Assembly: GCA_964016885.1 (NCBI GenBank)
Contig: OZ024744.1
Location: forward strand, 16,120,001 to 16,184,000
Length of the DNA: 64,000 nt
Direction of reading: 5' to 3'
Source of the DNA: Eledone cirrhosa
Lineage: Eukaryota
Shown: in pieces, positions 63,201-64,000 of the stretch
Layout: every line of letters begins with the position of its first letter
How positions within the stretch are numbered: position 1 is the stretch's first letter
Notes under the pieces: generated by a model
The model's input: only the letters and a program-made list of their open reading frames with translations
Told to the model about the DNA's origin: nothing
The model's database searches: none
Made by a program: the position numbers and the translations under genes

Positions 63201-64000
63201 GGAGAAGGAGACTATGAAGGATGTTGGAGAAGGAAAGTATGAAGGAAGTTGGAGAAGGAGAGTATGAAGGAAGTTGGAGAAGGAGATTATGAAGGAAGTT
63301 GGAGAAGGCGAGTATGAAGGAAGTTGGAGAAGGAGCGTATGATGGAAGTTGGAGAAGGAGATTATGAAGGAAGTTGAATAAGGAGAATATAAAGGAAGTT
63401 GGAGAAGGAGAGTATGAAGGAAGTTGGAGAAGGAGAGTATGAAGGGGGCTGGAGGAGGAGAATATGAAGGAAGTTGGAGAAGGAGAGTATGAAGGAAGTT
63501 GGAGAAGTAGAATATGAAGGAAGTTGGGGAAGAAGGTATGAAGGAAGTTGGAGAAGGAAAGTCTGAAGGAAGTTGGAGCTGGAGAGTATGAAGGAAGTTG
63601 AAGAAGGAGAGTATGAAGGAAGTTGGAGAAGTAGAGTATGAAGGAAGTTGGAGATGGAGAGTATGAAATAAGTTGAATAAGGAGAATATCAAGGAAGTTG
63701 AAGAAGGAGAATATGAAGGAAGTTGGAGAAGGAGAGTATGAAGGAAGTTGAAGGAAGAAAATATGAAGGAAGTTGGAGAAGGAGAGTATGAAGGAAGTTG
63801 GAGAAGGAGAATATGAAGGAAGTTGCAGAAGGATAATATGAAGGAAGTTGGAGAAGGAGTGTATGAAGGAAGTTGGAGAAGGCGAGTATGAAGGAAATTG
63901 GAGACGGAGAGTATGAAGGAGGTTGGAGGAGGAGAGTATGAAGGAAGTTGGAGAAGGAGAATATGAAGGAAATTGGAGAAGGAGCGTATGAAGGAAGTTG

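Larger units (their letters stand above)
1..64000 (+). repeat. 25-bp tandem satellite array, consensus TATGAAGGAAGTTGGAGAAGGAGA(G/A), about 2,560 monomers, one orientation, extending beyond both window edges
   Basis: The motif TATGAAGGAAGTTG recurs every 25 bp from the first to the last line. Only point variants and occasional 20-26 bp units occur, and no non-repeat sequence was seen. Confidence 0.99.

Noticed and set aside
389-63692. Dozens of minus-strand ORFs (up to 1522 aa at 12776..17344) encoding L/S/F/P-rich repeats that resemble membrane or extensin-like proteins
   Set aside because: The same peptide occurs in all three overlapping frames, as an automatic result of a stop-free 25-bp monomer. 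Most starts are TTG created by point variants. There is no unique N- or C-terminal domain, and indels do not respect frame.
1-64000. CRISPR array (25-bp repeat length is in range)
   Set aside because: There are no unique spacers, the repeats are directly adjacent, and there is no leader or cas gene.
1-64000. Telomerase-synthesised long telomeric repeat (some budding yeasts have about 25-bp units)
   Set aside because: It does not match telomere repeats I recognise. Variant strings are copied in order over kilobases, which indicates DNA-level duplication rather than unit-by-unit templated addition. A recombination-maintained terminal satellite remains possible.
1-64000. AGGAG/GGAGG motifs just upstream of ATG in nearly every monomer, resembling a Shine-Dalgarno site plus start codon
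   Set aside because: A compositional coincidence of an A/G-rich repeat. The resulting frames (MKEVGEGE...) stop within about two monomers, and nothing indicates a prokaryotic context.
1-64000. Transposon, LTR, inverted repeat or hairpin/terminator structures
   Set aside because: No non-satellite insert or strand switch was seen, and the near absence of C on the + strand precludes stable inverted repeats.
1-64000. Pure sequencing artefact or synthetic concatemer
   Set aside because: Rare variants recur in consistent order at distant positions with nested divergence levels, which random errors would not produce. Individual duplications could still be misassembled.

Overview
The whole 64 kb window is one uninterrupted, head-to-tail, single-orientation tandem satellite array that runs off both edges. 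The monomer is 25 bp, consensus TATGAAGGAAGTTGGAGAAGGAGA(G/A), giving roughly 2,560 copies (64000/25). The + strand is about 84% purine in the consensus and contains no C. I see no credible gene, RNA gene, transposon or CRISPR array. The long minus-strand ORFs are an artefact: the reverse-complement monomer has no stop codon in any frame, so three monomers (75 bp) give the 25-aa repeat LHTLLLQLPSYSPSPTSFILSFSNF in all three frames. The real structure is in the variant monomers. Rare variants occur in fixed orders and define nested duplications of about 225, 300, 724, 1594, 2446, 2573, 4212, 5336, 5364 and 6441 bp, with a change of variant sub-family near 50.6 kb. The architecture looks like eukaryotic heterochromatic (centromeric, pericentromeric or subtelomeric) satellite, but neither organism nor function can be determined from the sequence. 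I found no evidence for a new protein-based system. All offsets were read by eye from marker variants and the ORF track, and block boundaries are approximate.
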